Positions 39,013 through 49,072 of a DNA stretch of 64,000 nucleotides are shown piece after piece (position 1 is the stretch's first letter; every line of letters starts with the position of its first letter). Position numbers and translations under genes: made by a program. Under the pieces are notes generated by a model. It made no database searches and was not told the origin of the DNA. It saw nothing but the letters and a program-made list of their open reading frames with translations. The stretch is from Thermoplasmata archaeon (GTDB taxonomy: Archaea; Thermoplasmatota; Thermoplasmata; Lutacidiplasmatales; UBA184): positions 7,980-71,979 of the forward strand of contig JAKAYT010000003.1 in assembly GCA_021826685.1 (NCBI GenBank). Direction: 5' to 3'.

Positions 39013-39993
39013 ATGCAGATGCGTCGACTCGGCCGAGACGGCCCCCGGGTCTCCGCGATCGGTCTCGGATGCATGGGGATGTCGCAGTCCTATGGAACCC
39101 CCCAGGACGAGGAGTCGCGGGCGACCATCCATCGCGCGCTGGAGCTCGGTGTGAATTTCCTCGACACGGCCGACGTCTACGGTCCGTTCACCAACGAGCG
39201 GTTGGTCGGCGAAGCGATCCGGGGCCGACGGGACGAGGTGATCCTCGCCACCAAGTGCGGACTGAACCCCGCGGGCGAAGGTCCTCCCGTCAACGGTCGA
39301 CCGGAGTACATCCGCGCGGCCTGCGACGCCAGCCTCCAGCGTCTCGGGGTCTCGACGATCGACCTGTACTACCTCCATCGAGTCGACCCGGAAACCCCGA
39401 TCGAGGAGAGCGTACGGGCCATGGCCGGCCTCGTGAAGGAGGGGAAGGTCCGCTACCTCGGGCTCTCGGAGGTGAGCCCCACGACGCTCCGCCGGGCCCA
39501 CGCGGTCCACCCGATCACGGCCGTACAGAGCGAGTTCTCGCTGTGGACCCGCGAGCCCGAGAACCGGATCCTGCCGGTGTGCCGCGAACTGGGCGTCGGC
39601 TTCGTGCCGTTCAGCCCGCTCGGACGGGGCTTCTTCTCCGGCAAGGTCCGGTCGCTCGAGGACCTGCCTCCGAACGACTTCCGACGGGGACTCCCCCGTT
39701 TCGCACCGGGAAACTTCCCACGGAACCTCGCGATCGTCGACCGGTTGGCGACGCTCGCGGCCGCGAAGGGATGCACGCCGGCCCAGCTCGCTCTCGCGTG
39801 GGTCCTCTCCCGGGGGGACGAGGTCGTGCCGATCCCCGGAACGAAGCGACGAACGTACCTGGAAGAGAACGTAGCGGCCACAGAGCTGATGCTCTCTCCG
39901 GCGGATCGGGCGGCCATCGACGAGATCGCTCCCGTAGGATCCGCGGCCGGAGATCGGTACTCGCCCGAACGGATGGCGACGGTCGATCGTTGA
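39013..39993 (+). CDS. Aldo/keto reductase
   Basis: [27 protein letters not shown]. Confidence 0.97.
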   Translation: MQMRRLGRDGPRVSAIGLGCMGMSQSYGTPQDEESRATIHRALELGVNFLDTADVYGPFTNERLVGEAIRGRRDEVILATKCGLNPAGEGPPVNGRPEYIRAACDASLQRLGVSTIDLYYLHRVDPETPIEESVRAMAGLVKEGKVRYLGLSEVSPTTLRRAHAVHPITAVQSEFSLWTREPENRILPVCRELGVGFVPFSPLGRGFFSGKVRSLEDLPPNDFRRGLPRFAPGNFPRNLAIVDRLATLAAAKGCTPAQLALAWVLSRGDEVVPIPGTKRRTYLEENVAATELMLSPADRAAIDEIAPVGSAAGDRYSPERMATVDR

Positions 39994-40062
39994 TCGAGGG
40001 ACCGACCCGACCACCGTCGGGGCCCTCTATGTAGCCCATGTCCTGGCCCGGAGAGCGCGCCC

Positions 40063-40977
40063 ATGGCAACACCCGGCCCCCGCTTCGCTCCCTTGGACGT
40101 CGTGTTGCTCATCGTGCTAGGAGCCGTCTGGGGCTCGGCGTACATCTTCATCCGGGAAGGTATCGTTCTCGGGGCGTCTCCCTTCCCGTACGCGGCGGTG
40201 CGCTACGCGTTCAGCGCCGCCGGCTTCGCGATCGTCGCGGCGAGCCTGCGTGAGAAGTTCCCGAACCGGCGCGCGCTCGCGGTCTCCGCCGGGATCGGCG
40301 GGATCTTCGTCATCGGGCTCTACGGGGGATTCCTGTACTGGGGCGAGCAGTTCACTACCGGGGCGTACGCCTCGATGCTGTCGACGACCTCCCCGATCCT
40401 GACGGTCGTCGTCGCTTCCGTTCTCCTACCTCATGAGAAGCTCGGCGCCCGGTCGCTCGTCGGGCTCGCCGTAGGATTTGCCGGCGTCGGAGTATTGCTC
40501 TACCCTCAGCTCCAGAGCGGTCCGGGCGGATGGACCGGCCCGACGGTGATCGTCGGAGCGTTCCTGAGCGCGGCGGTCGGCGTGGTGTTGATCCGCCGGT
40601 ACGGCATGGGCCGGCAGGGCCTCTGGCAGATCGGTGCGCAGTTCGCGGTGGGCGCGGTCCTGCTCGGCGTCGCCACCGTCGTCCTCCCGGGCCCCGAAGG
40701 ATTTCCCGACACTGCCGGCGTGTGGGCGTCGCTCGCGATCCTCGTGCTCTTCTCTTCGCTGTGCGGCTACTTCATCTACTATCTGCTGGTCCACCGGGTC
40801 GGCCCGGTGCGCGCGAACGCCGTCACCTACCTGATCCCACTATCGGGGATCGGGCTCGGAGCGGGACTCTTCGGAGAACCGATCGGCGCGATCGAGGTCG
40901 TCGGGTTCGTCATCGTCCTCGTTGGCGTGGCGTTCGTCATCCTCGGCTCGGGCCGGTCGACCTCGCCCGGAAGCTGA
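40063..40977 (+). CDS. EamA/DMT family transporter
   Basis: About 10 TM helices, WGSAY, duplicated EamA halves. Confidence 0.93.
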   Translation: MATPGPRFAPLDVVLLIVLGAVWGSAYIFIREGIVLGASPFPYAAVRYAFSAAGFAIVAASLREKFPNRRALAVSAGIGGIFVIGLYGGFLYWGEQFTTGAYASMLSTTSPILTVVVASVLLPHEKLGARSLVGLAVGFAGVGVLLYPQLQSGPGGWTGPTVIVGAFLSAAVGVVLIRRYGMGRQGLWQIGAQFAVGAVLLGVATVVLPGPEGFPDTAGVWASLAILVLFSSLCGYFIYYLLVHRVGPVRANAVTYLIPLSGIGLGAGLFGEPIGAIEVVGFVIVLVGVAFVILGSGRSTSPGS

Positions 40978-41003
40978 TAGGCCCGCACCGAAGTGCCGGG
41001 TCG

Positions 41004-41543
41004 ATGCGGCTCTTCTTCGCGGTCGACGTCCCTCCGCTACCCCCCTGGGATCCCGGCTCGCGCAGCGCTACCTCGGCGGCGCCCGAGCACATCACCGTCC
41101 GGTTCCTGGGCGACGTGCCGGCGGAACGGTGCGCCGACCTAAACCGCGCCGGCTCGGAAGCGGTCGCGGGGCTCCGACGGTTCCCGATCGAGCTCGCATC
41201 GATCGGGGCCTTCCCGTCGGAGCGCTCGCCGCGCATCGTCTACGTCACCGCAAACTCGGGGACGGCGGATCTTGAAGCGCTCGCGGCGCGCCTGACCGAG
41301 GCCCTGGCCCGGATCGGGATCCCGCCCGATCCTCGGCCGTTTGCGGCCCACGTGACGTGGCGGCGCATCCGCTCGGCCCACGATCAGAGCGTGGCGCGCG
41401 TCCGGCTCGCCGAGGGAACGCTGGGGCACCCGATCGTGACGGTGGTGCGTGCGCTGCTCCTCAAGGAAAGCGAGCTCTCCTCGGCCGGCGCCGTACACCG
41501 GGTCATCGCCGAGTTCCCGCTGGGGGCCGCCCCGAATCCCTAG
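41004..41543 (+). CDS. thpR: RNA 2',3'-cyclic phosphodiesterase (2H family)
   Basis: MRLFFAVD, HITVRFLG and HVT (two HxT motifs). Confidence 0.92.
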   Translation: MRLFFAVDVPPLPPWDPGSRSATSAAPEHITVRFLGDVPAERCADLNRAGSEAVAGLRRFPIELASIGAFPSERSPRIVYVTANSGTADLEALAARLTEALARIGIPPDPRPFAAHVTWRRIRSAHDQSVARVRLAEGTLGHPIVTVVRALLLKESELSSAGAVHRVIAEFPLGAAPNP

Positions 41544-42934
41544 GACGGGTCGCGGCCGACGAGATCGTAGTACCGATACGCCGCTTCCCCCGCGCCGAAG
41601 CAGTACTGGAGGGTGGTGAATCCCGCCTTGAGCTGGGCCGCCTCGGTGCGGATCTCGTCCGATGGTCGGCCCTTGTGCAGGAGGCCGTCGAACAGGTCGG
41701 CGATCCGCACCATCTCCCGCTCCTTCATCCCGACGCGCGTGACCTCGGGCGAGCCCAGCCGGATGCCCTGCGGGTGCTTCGGGCTCGCGTCGCCCGGGAG
41801 GAGGTTCTTGTTGGAGATGATCCCCGCATCGGCGAGGGCGCGGGCAACCGTCTCTCCGCCCCCCTCGTTCGTGACCCGAACGGCGATCGTGTGCGACTGG
41901 GTGAACCCGAGGCGCTCGGCCAGCACGTCAAACCCCCGTTCGTTCAGGGCTTGCGCCAGCGCCTTCGCATTCGCGATCGTCTGGCGCGCGTACTCGCGTC
42001 CGAACTCGAGATGCTCGGCCAGGCTCACCGCGAGGGCCGCCATGGTGTGGAGGTGGTGGTTGCTCGTGACCCCCGGGAAGGCGCCCGAGGCGAGGCGCTT
42101 GGCCGCGTCGGGTTCGAGGCCCTCTCCGAGCAGGATCCCGTGCTGTGGACCCGGGAGGGTCTTGTGGGTCGAGGAGCTGAGGACCTGACATCCCTCGCGC
42201 AGCGGGTCCTGGAACTGCCCGCCCCCGATCAGGCCAAGGACATGGGCCCCGTCGTACCATCCGCGGGCCCCGATCTCCTCGAGCGTCGGGCGAAGCTCGT
42301 CGATCGGCATCGGGAACAAGAAGAGGGAGAGGCCGAACAGGCACAGCTTGGGCCGGACCGCGCGCAGGATCTCCTTAGTGCGCGGGACGTCGATCGTCAT
42401 GCGTTCCTCGTCCCACGCGTAGTAGACGGGTTTGACCGAACGGAGGCCGAACGCGCCGAACGAGGCGCTCGAGATGTGGGCGCCGTCCGCGAGCCGGCTC
42501 GTGCCGACGAGCTCGAACGGCTCGGCGAGACCCTTGAGCACCGCGAGGTTGGCGACCGTTCCCGAGATCGGTCGGACGTCGGCGAACGAGCACCGGAAGA
42601 GACGCCGGGCAAGATCGAGACAGACGTTCTCGATGTGATCGACGTCTTCGTTTCCCTCGTAGTATCGCTCTCCGGGAAGCCCCTCCGCATAGCGGGAGTG
42701 GAGGTCGCTGATGAGCAGCTCCTTGGCGTACGGGGACAACAGGTTCTCGCTCGCGATCAGCGGGATGGCGCTCTCGAACCTCTTCGAGTGATGCTGGGCG
42801 GTGGCGCGAATGTCCCGCACCACCTGCGCCATCTCGCCCGAACGAGGCGGCGGCGTTTGCGTTGACCCTCCCACCCCTGTGTTTCCAGTGGAACGGTCGG
42901 TCGGGGCCACGCCCGAATTCGTAGGAAGAGACAT
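41540..42934 (-). CDS. glyA: Serine hydroxymethyltransferase
   Basis: LIASEN, YAEG, YDGAH, SSTHKTLPGPQHG, GIRLGS. Confidence 0.97.
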   Translation of the reverse strand: MSLPTNSGVAPTDRSTGNTGVGGSTQTPPPRSGEMAQVVRDIRATAQHHSKRFESAIPLIASENLLSPYAKELLISDLHSRYAEGLPGERYYEGNEDVDHIENVCLDLARRLFRCSFADVRPISGTVANLAVLKGLAEPFELVGTSRLADGAHISSASFGAFGLRSVKPVYYAWDEERMTIDVPRTKEILRAVRPKLCLFGLSLFLFPMPIDELRPTLEEIGARGWYDGAHVLGLIGGGQFQDPLREGCQVLSSSTHKTLPGPQHGILLGEGLEPDAAKRLASGAFPGVTSNHHLHTMAALAVSLAEHLEFGREYARQTIANAKALAQALNERGFDVLAERLGFTQSHTIAVRVTNEGGGETVARALADAGIISNKNLLPGDASPKHPQGIRLGSPEVTRVGMKEREMVRIADLFDGLLHKGRPSDEIRTEAAQLKAGFTTLQYCFGAGEAAYRYYDLVGRDPS

Positions 42935-43003
42935 AGGTCACCCGGAAACGGTCACGCCACCACGAGCGGCCATATATGGCCCCGTACCGGTTCCCAACAG
43001 ACT

Positions 43004-43471
43004 ATGTCGCACCCTTCCTCCAGCCCAGACCCTTCTATCTCCATCCCTCCCTGGCCCGTCCAGCGACGCTTCCCCATACCCTACCACGATATCGACGTAC
43101 TCAACCACCTCAACCATGCCGCATACTTCCACTACATGGAGACGCTGCGTTGTGACTACTACCTTCCCCTCCTCCCTTCGCACGATCCTAGCGATCTCGA
43201 CATCATCATCCTCGATGCCTCCTGCCGCTACCTCGCTCCCGTCCCGTACGGAGAGATCCTCCTCGGAGAGGTCGCGCCGGCCCGTCCCCTCGGTCGCACC
43301 AGCTTCACCCTGCTCTACCGCTTCACCGACTCCCATCATCGCCTGACGGCTCGGGGAAAGACGGTGGTCATCTGCTACGATTACTCGAAATCGACGAAGC
43401 GAGAGATCCCTCCCGACCGCCGGAGGATCATGGAACGCCAAGCAGTCGACCCTACGGCCGAGGGGTGGTAG
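43004..43471 (+). CDS. Acyl-CoA thioesterase (hotdog, 4HBT-like)
   Basis: DIDVLNHLNHAAYFHYME, GRTSF. Confidence 0.9.
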   Translation: MSHPSSSPDPSISIPPWPVQRRFPIPYHDIDVLNHLNHAAYFHYMETLRCDYYLPLLPSHDPSDLDIIILDASCRYLAPVPYGEILLGEVAPARPLGRTSFTLLYRFTDSHHRLTARGKTVVICYDYSKSTKREIPPDRRRIMERQAVDPTAEGW

Positions 43472-43538
43472 TGCCTCGCCCCGGTTCCAGTGGAAAGAGG
43501 GGGGTGGGGGCCTTGCCTACCGTCTCGACGCGTTCCCG

Positions 43539-43851
43539 TGCTAGGCCAGCAGGATTGCCACCCGAGGAAGAGGCACGGAACCCCCAAGCGTTCCTCAGCC
43601 CCGTCTCCCCGCCAGCGTCGACGGGTCACGGTAAGGCTGCTCCCGTCAGGACCTAACCCGGTTCCCGTGATGGATAACCGCTAGGCCGCTCCTCCGAGCG
43701 GTCGTCGCGATGCCCGCGGCCCAGCGGAACAGAGCTTCGACGGAACAACTTGGGACGTGCCCCTCTCCTGAGCGTCGCTCCTGCTTGTCACCCCCGCTAA
43801 GGACGGTTTCGGTGTGTAAGGGGACGCCCAACCCCCCGGTCAAGCCTAGCA
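43539..43851 (-). ncRNA. ffs: Archaeal SRP (7S) RNA
   Basis: Terminal helix UGCUAGGC/GCCUAGCA; helix 6 CCGCUC-GGAG-GAGCGG; helix 8 UAGGUCC-UGAC-GGGAGCAG; ATTAAATA box ~25 nt upstream. Confidence 0.93.
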
Positions 43852-43952
43852 AGGCGCTAACGATAGGGGTCCTATTTAATCCGGGCCCCAGCCCGAATCG
43901 GGGCCGAAGACCCCCCAACATCAGCTAAAGAGCCGGCATCGTTCCCCGGGAC

Positions 43953-45020
43953 GTGGACTCGGAAGCACGGGTAGAACGGGTGCTGCGCTACACCCGGGAG
44001 GCGCTCACTCGGGAGGAGATCGCCGCGCTCTTCGCGTCGAACGAACACCCTCGGGCCTACATCGGGTTCGAACCGTCGGGCTCGCTCACGATCGCGCACC
44101 TCGTCACGACGCGGAAGATGATCGACCTCGTCGAGGCGGGCTGCGATCTCACGGTCTTCCTCGCGGACTGGCATGCGATGATCAACGACAAGCTCGGGGG
44201 CGATCTCGAGCGGATCCGGGCATCGGGCCGCTACATGCAGGCCGCGTTCACCGCCCTGGGCGTCGACCCCGACCGAGCCCGTTTCCGCTTCGCGAGCGAG
44301 CTGGTCGCGCGGCCGGCATACTGGGAGCGGGTCATCCGGGTCGCGAAGTCCACGACCCTCGCACGGACGAAGCGCGCGATGTCGATCATGGGGCGGCAGG
44401 AGGAGGAGGCGAGCCTCGACACGTCGAAGCTGTTCTACCCGGCGATGCAGGCCGCCGACATCTTCGAGCTCCCGGTCGAGCTCGCCTACGGGGGCATGGA
44501 CCAGCGTAGGGCGCACGTTCTCGCTCGCGAGGTCGCGCATCAGCGCGGCTGGCCGGTCCCGTGCGCGATCCACACCCCGCTTCTCTCGTCGCTGAAAGGG
44601 GGAGGTCGGATGGATCCCACCGAGGGAAGGACCGAGCGCAAGATGTCCAAGTCGGACCCGGGCAGCTCGGTCCCGATCCCGTGCACGCCCGAGACGCTCG
44701 CCGAGCGCCTGAACGGGGCGTTCTGCCCGGCGAAAGAGACCGAGGGGAACCCGATCGTCGAGCTCGTCGAGTACGTGATATTCCCGTGGACCGGGACGTT
44801 CGCGATCGACCGCGCGGCGAAGCACGGTGGGCCGGTCTCGTTCGCCTCCCCGGAGGAGTTCCGCGCGATGTGGACGAGCGGCCGGCTCCATCCCCAGGAC
44901 CTGAAGGCGGCGGTCGCCCACGCATTGGCGCCGCTCGTCGCGCCGGCGACCCGTTACTTCGCCGATCACCCCGAGCTGGGGCCGAGCTCGTTTGCGCTCC
45001 CTTCGGCGGACAAGTCTTAA
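43953..45020 (+). CDS. tyrS: Tyrosyl-tRNA synthetase (archaeal)
   Basis: AYIGFEPSG, ADWHA, YPAMQAAD, GGMDQR, KMSKS, LHPQDLK. Confidence 0.97.
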   Translation: MDSEARVERVLRYTREALTREEIAALFASNEHPRAYIGFEPSGSLTIAHLVTTRKMIDLVEAGCDLTVFLADWHAMINDKLGGDLERIRASGRYMQAAFTALGVDPDRARFRFASELVARPAYWERVIRVAKSTTLARTKRAMSIMGRQEEEASLDTSKLFYPAMQAADIFELPVELAYGGMDQRRAHVLAREVAHQRGWPVPCAIHTPLLSSLKGGGRMDPTEGRTERKMSKSDPGSSVPIPCTPETLAERLNGAFCPAKETEGNPIVELVEYVIFPWTGTFAIDRAAKHGGPVSFASPEEFRAMWTSGRLHPQDLKAAVAHALAPLVAPATRYFADHPELGPSSFALPSADKS

Positions 45021-45093
45021 GTAAGGCGCTCCGTAGGCGGTCCCTACCCGTGAGCCGAGGGCCCCCTGGGGGTACCGCTGACGCGAGGACACA

Positions 45094-45465
45094 ATGGCGC
45101 GACCAATCTACGTGCGATTTGAGACCCCGGCCGACGTCGCCGACAAAGCCCTTCAGCTCGTTCAGGTGGCGAGCGAGACGGGCAAGGTGCGCGTCGGGAC
45201 GAACGAAGTCACGAAGTCGACCGAGCGCGCCGAAGCGAAGCTTGTCGTGATGGCCGAGGACGTCGACCCGGTAGAGATCCTGATCCACATCCCCATGCTC
45301 TGCGAGGAGAAGCGGATCCCGTACATCTACGTCGGAAAGAAGGCCCAGCTCGGGCAGTCGGCCGGGCTCTCGAAGTCGGCCGCGAGCGTCGCCATCGTCG
45401 AACCGGGCGAGGCGAAGGGCCTCCTCGAAGAGCTCGCGCAGTCGTTCCCTTCCCTGAAGAAGTAG
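45094..45465 (+). CDS. rpl7ae: 50S ribosomal protein L7Ae
   Basis: YVRFETP, GTNEVTK, AEDVDP, LCEEK. Confidence 0.98.
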   Translation: MARPIYVRFETPADVADKALQLVQVASETGKVRVGTNEVTKSTERAEAKLVVMAEDVDPVEILIHIPMLCEEKRIPYIYVGKKAQLGQSAGLSKSAASVAIVEPGEAKGLLEELAQSFPSLKK

Positions 45466-45493
45466 GCGAGCCGGTCGAGCGAGGGTAGAAGCG

Positions 45494-45706
45494 ATGGCGG
45501 AAGAGAAGGGCTCCCCGGCCGAGGTCGTGGAGCTGATCGGCCGCACGGGCATGGCGGGGGAGGCGACCCAAGTCAAGGTCCGCGTTCTCGCCGGGCGGGA
45601 CCGCGGTAAGATCATCACCCGGAACGTCGCCGGACCGATCCGCCTCGGGGACGTCCTCATCCTTCGCGAGACCGCGCGCGAAGCGCGCAAGCTCTCGGTG
45701 CGCTAG
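45494..45706 (+). CDS. rps28e: 30S ribosomal protein S28e
   Basis: [29 protein letters not shown]. Confidence 0.98.
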   Translation: MAEEKGSPAEVVELIGRTGMAGEATQVKVRVLAGRDRGKIITRNVAGPIRLGDVLILRETAREARKLSVR

Positions 45707-45732
45707 GAAGCTGGGCGGAGGCACGCCGATCG

Positions 45733-46230
45733 ATGGTCGTCAAGCGTCAGTGCTCGTTCTGCGCGAACGAGATCGAGCCCGGCACGGGCATGATGTTCGT
45801 CAAGCGCGACGGCACGATCTATCACTTCTGTTCCTCGAGCTGCCGCAAGCAACAGCTCCACCTCGGCCGCGTCGGTCACCGGCGCAAGTGGACCCGCGCG
45901 CACATGATGAAGCGCGCCGCGAGCCAGGCGGCCGCCCCGGCGATCTCGCCGTCGGAGCTCGTGTCCGTTCCGGTTTCCCCCGCGCAGTCCGAACCCGGCG
46001 CGGCCGTGCCGCCACCGGCCCCGGTGCCCGAACGGACGACCCCAGCGCCCTCGTCCGAGCCCGCCGCTACCGAAGCGGAGGCAGCGGCGGCCCCGACGGC
46101 AGAGCCCGGCGGAGGGCCGGCGGAGGCGCCGGCCCAGCCCGTCGCGAAGCCTCGCCGTCGAACGGCCGCCCCGAAGGCGAAGGAGAAGGCGGCCGATACG
46201 CCGACGAGCGGGTCCCCGCCCTCCTCCTGA
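45733..46230 (+). CDS. rpl24e: 50S ribosomal protein L24e with long Pro/Ala-rich tail
   Basis: CSFC..IEPGTG..FCSSSC..KWT. Confidence 0.95.
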   Translation: MVVKRQCSFCANEIEPGTGMMFVKRDGTIYHFCSSSCRKQQLHLGRVGHRRKWTRAHMMKRAASQAAAPAISPSELVSVPVSPAQSEPGAAVPPPAPVPERTTPAPSSEPAATEAEAAAAPTAEPGGGPAEAPAQPVAKPRRRTAAPKAKEKAADTPTSGSPPSS

Positions 46231-46291
46231 GCCCGCGCCCGGATTTCGCCTGGAAGATCACCGATAAGCTCCGGCGTGCCGGCGCCCGTTC

Positions 46292-46555
46292 ATGGCTGAG
46301 GGCTCCGACTGGGTCTCGGCGAGCGATCTCGCCGAGTACTCCTATTGCCCTCGAGCGCACTGGTACCGAGAGCACCCTCCGGCGGGCTTCTCGCCCCGGG
46401 GGTCGGTCCGTTCTCTCCGACACGGACAGCGATTCCACCGCCAGGAACTTGGCGGCGAGCTACGCCGCGAAGCGCATGCGGGAGTCTACGTCGCGCTCGT
46501 CCTGATCGGCATCGCGCTCGTCGTCGCGGCCCTGTACCTCGGGGGGTTAGGATGA
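46292..46555 (+). CDS. N-terminal fragment of a Cas4-like nuclease with C-terminal TM helix
   Basis: VSASDLAEYSYCPRAHWY..G.RFH, then VYVALVLIGIALVVAALYLGG. Confidence 0.85.
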   Translation: MAEGSDWVSASDLAEYSYCPRAHWYREHPPAGFSPRGSVRSLRHGQRFHRQELGGELRREAHAGVYVALVLIGIALVVAALYLGGLG

Positions 46556-47067
46556 CGGTCCCGGTGCTCGGAGAAGCCCTTCTCGTTGCGGCGGGCGCCG
46601 CGATCATCGCAGTCGCAGCGATCCGGCTCGCCCGTCGGGCGCGCGACCGGCGCTACGGCCGGCTCGTGTCGGTTGACGCGGGACCCGACGGCGGCGCCCG
46701 GCTCCGTTCCGAGCGCTTCCGCATCTCCGGTCGGCCGGATGTGGTCCGCCGACGGCGCGACGGCCGTTCGATCCCGGTCGAGCTCAAGACCCATCCCCTA
46801 CCGGCGGGCGGACCGCCTCGCTCGCATATCGTCCAGGTATGGGCGTACTGCCTCTTGCTCGAGGAGACGGAGGGGGTCCCCCCTCCGTTCGGAGTCCTCC
46901 GCTACGGAGATGGTCGAGAGGTCACGGTCCCGTGGGGCCGTGAGGAACGAGGGATCCTGCTCGGGATCCGACGAGCGATGGACCTACCGTACGATGGCCG
47001 TGCCCGGCCGTCTCGCGCCCGATGCGCGCAGTGCCGATGGCGCGCGATCTGCGACGCCCGGGCCTAG
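46552..47067 (+). CDS. C-terminal fragment of a Cas4-like PD-(D/E)xK nuclease with N-terminal TM helix
   Basis: ATGA-coupled; hydrophobic N-terminus, GRPD, VELK, QVWAY, CAQCRWRAIC. Confidence 0.9.
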   Translation: MTVPVLGEALLVAAGAAIIAVAAIRLARRARDRRYGRLVSVDAGPDGGARLRSERFRISGRPDVVRRRRDGRSIPVELKTHPLPAGGPPRSHIVQVWAYCLLLEETEGVPPPFGVLRYGDGREVTVPWGREERGILLGIRRAMDLPYDGRARPSRARCAQCRWRAICDARA

Positions 47068-47861
47068 GTCGACCGGAGCCGGCGCGTGAGATACACGTCG
47101 GCTCGGTACGGCAGCTCGATCCGCGCGCGGCCACGGGTTTGCGGGTCCCGCGCGAGAATCCCCCGCAGTTCCCGGGCGATGCGCGCCCGTTCACGAGCGG
47201 GCAGGACGGCAATCGCGCTCACCGAAACGAACCGATCCACGGCCGTCGCGGGAGTGAGCAGCTGGACGTGGCGGAAGGAGCGCTCGACGACCGGGCCGAA
47301 CGGGAGATCGCCCCGCTCCAAGACCCGCTTCCACCGTCCCGCTCGCGTACGAGGCACCGTCCGGAAGAAAGGGTCGATGAGGTGACCGACCGCGCGGACC
47401 CAGGGGACGGACTCGTCCCGTCGGTTCCAAATCAACGCGACTCCGCCACCGGGGCGCAGCACGCGGGCGATCTCGCGGAAGGCCGGACGCGGGCGGAACC
47501 AGTGGAACGCTTGGGCCGCGACGACCGCATCGGCGATGCGCGGCGGCAACGGGATCGCTTCGGCGACGCCGTCCAGTACCGGAAGGTCCGGGATCTGGCG
47601 CGCGAACTCCGCGCGCATCCCGGGCGTCGGCTCGATCGGAACGATAGCGGCTGCGGTCGTCCGTAGGAGGCGGGTGAGCTTCCCGGTTCCGCTGCCGAGC
47701 TCGACGATCGTAGACGTCGGTCCCAGGTGGAGCTGACGAGCGATGTACCGGATCGCCGCGGTCGGGTACTCGGGCCGCCCCCTCTCGTAGGCCCGCGCGG
47801 CCCGATCGAAACCTCGCACGGCCGGATGCGTTCGGGTTCGGGGGACCGTTCGGGGACCCAT
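47064..47861 (-). CDS. Class I SAM-dependent methyltransferase
   Basis: YERGRPEYP, VELGSGTG, AQAFHW, VLRPGG. Confidence 0.94.
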   Translation of the reverse strand: MGPRTVPRTRTHPAVRGFDRAARAYERGRPEYPTAAIRYIARQLHLGPTSTIVELGSGTGKLTRLLRTTAAAIVPIEPTPGMRAEFARQIPDLPVLDGVAEAIPLPPRIADAVVAAQAFHWFRPRPAFREIARVLRPGGGVALIWNRRDESVPWVRAVGHLIDPFFRTVPRTRAGRWKRVLERGDLPFGPVVERSFRHVQLLTPATAVDRFVSVSAIAVLPARERARIARELRGILARDPQTRGRARIELPYRADVYLTRRLRST

Positions 47862-47944
47862 CGCCCGGCACGGAGCCTCCCGACGCTTAACACCGTCGCG
47901 GGCCGCCGATGCGAAGCGTTAGGCTTCCTTCGGCCTGACCGGAC

Positions 47945-48589
47945 GTGATTCGCGCGCGATCGGGTCGGTGCGCTGTGGTCTTCGACCTCGGCGGAGTCGC
48001 GATCCGGTGGAGCGACGAGCGTCTGTTCCGCAAGGTCGCGCGGCACCTCGGCCTTCCGCCGGACCGGGTCCGTGCCGTGATGGAAACCGCGGAGAAACCT
48101 CTCGAGCTCGGCCGGCTCTCGCTCTCGGAGTACTGGAACCGAGTGGAGCGTCGGCTGCATCGCTCGATCCCGCGATCGATGCGCCGCTGGTGGATCGACG
48201 AGTTCGAGAGGTACGCGCGACCGGATCCTACCATGACGCATTGGTTGGCCCACCTCCGCGATCGAGGCATCGTCGTTGCCTGCCTTTCGAACACCGATCC
48301 CTCGCACGTGCGGATCTTGCGGCGGAACGGTTGGTTGCGCCCGTTCTCGCCCGCGCTGATGTCCAACGAGTTGGGCGCTCTCAAGCCGACCCGGCGGATT
48401 TTCGACCTCGCGCGTCGGCGGCTCGGGGTTTCGCCTCGGGATATCTATTTCCTCGACGACAAGGCCGCCAACGTCGCCGGCGCCCAGCGGGCCGGCTGGA
48501 CCGCCCGGCGCTTTCGAGGGACCGCCGACGCCCGTCCTCACGTGGAACGGTGGCTGGCGCTACGCACCCGTGGACACCAAAGGCTTTGA
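47945..48589 (+). CDS. HAD family phosphatase
   Basis: FDLGGV, LSNT, KP, FLDD..NV. Confidence 0.92.
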   Translation: MIRARSGRCAVVFDLGGVAIRWSDERLFRKVARHLGLPPDRVRAVMETAEKPLELGRLSLSEYWNRVERRLHRSIPRSMRRWWIDEFERYARPDPTMTHWLAHLRDRGIVVACLSNTDPSHVRILRRNGWLRPFSPALMSNELGALKPTRRIFDLARRRLGVSPRDIYFLDDKAANVAGAQRAGWTARRFRGTADARPHVERWLALRTRGHQRL

Positions 48590-48612
48590 CGCACACCGGG
48601 CTCGGTCGCGCC

Positions 48613-49071
48613 ATGCCCGAAGCACGGACGGAACGCACTCTCGTGCTGGTGAAACCGGACGGCGTCCGCCGCGGACTCATGGGGGAGGTCGTCGGCCGCC
48701 TCGAACGTAAGGGACTCACTGTGGTGGCGGCTCGCATGCTGCGGATCTCCGCGTCGACCGCCCAAACGCACTACGCCGAGCACAAGGACAAGCCGTTCTA
48801 TGGCGAGCTGGTCGATTACATCACGTCGGCGCCGGTGCTCGCCATGGCGGTCGAAGGACGCTCGGCGATCGCGGTCGTGCGCTCGCTGATCGGGGCCACC
48901 GATCCCGCGAAGGCCGCGCCCGGTACGTTGCGCGGGGACTTCGCCCTCGCCATGACGTCGAACCTCGTCCACGCCTCGGACTCCCCGGCGTCGGCCGAGC
49001 GGGAGCTCGCTCTCTACTTCCACGAAAAGGACTACCTCCACTACACTCGCGCGGACGCCGAGTACCTCTAA
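48613..49071 (+). CDS. ndk: Nucleoside diphosphate kinase
   Basis: [32 protein letters not shown]. Confidence 0.98.
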   Translation: MPEARTERTLVLVKPDGVRRGLMGEVVGRLERKGLTVVAARMLRISASTAQTHYAEHKDKPFYGELVDYITSAPVLAMAVEGRSAIAVVRSLIGATDPAKAAPGTLRGDFALAMTSNLVHASDSPASAERELALYFHEKDYLHYTRADAEYL

Positions 49072-49072
49072 C

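Noticed and set aside
43481..43900. RNase P RNA
   Set aside because: No P4 signature (GAGGAAAGUCC / AAC..AA..CGGCUUA); helix 6 and 8 motifs and terminal pairing fit SRP RNA
46292..47067. CRISPR-Cas locus
   Set aside because: No repeat-spacer array, cas1 or cas2 seen in the window
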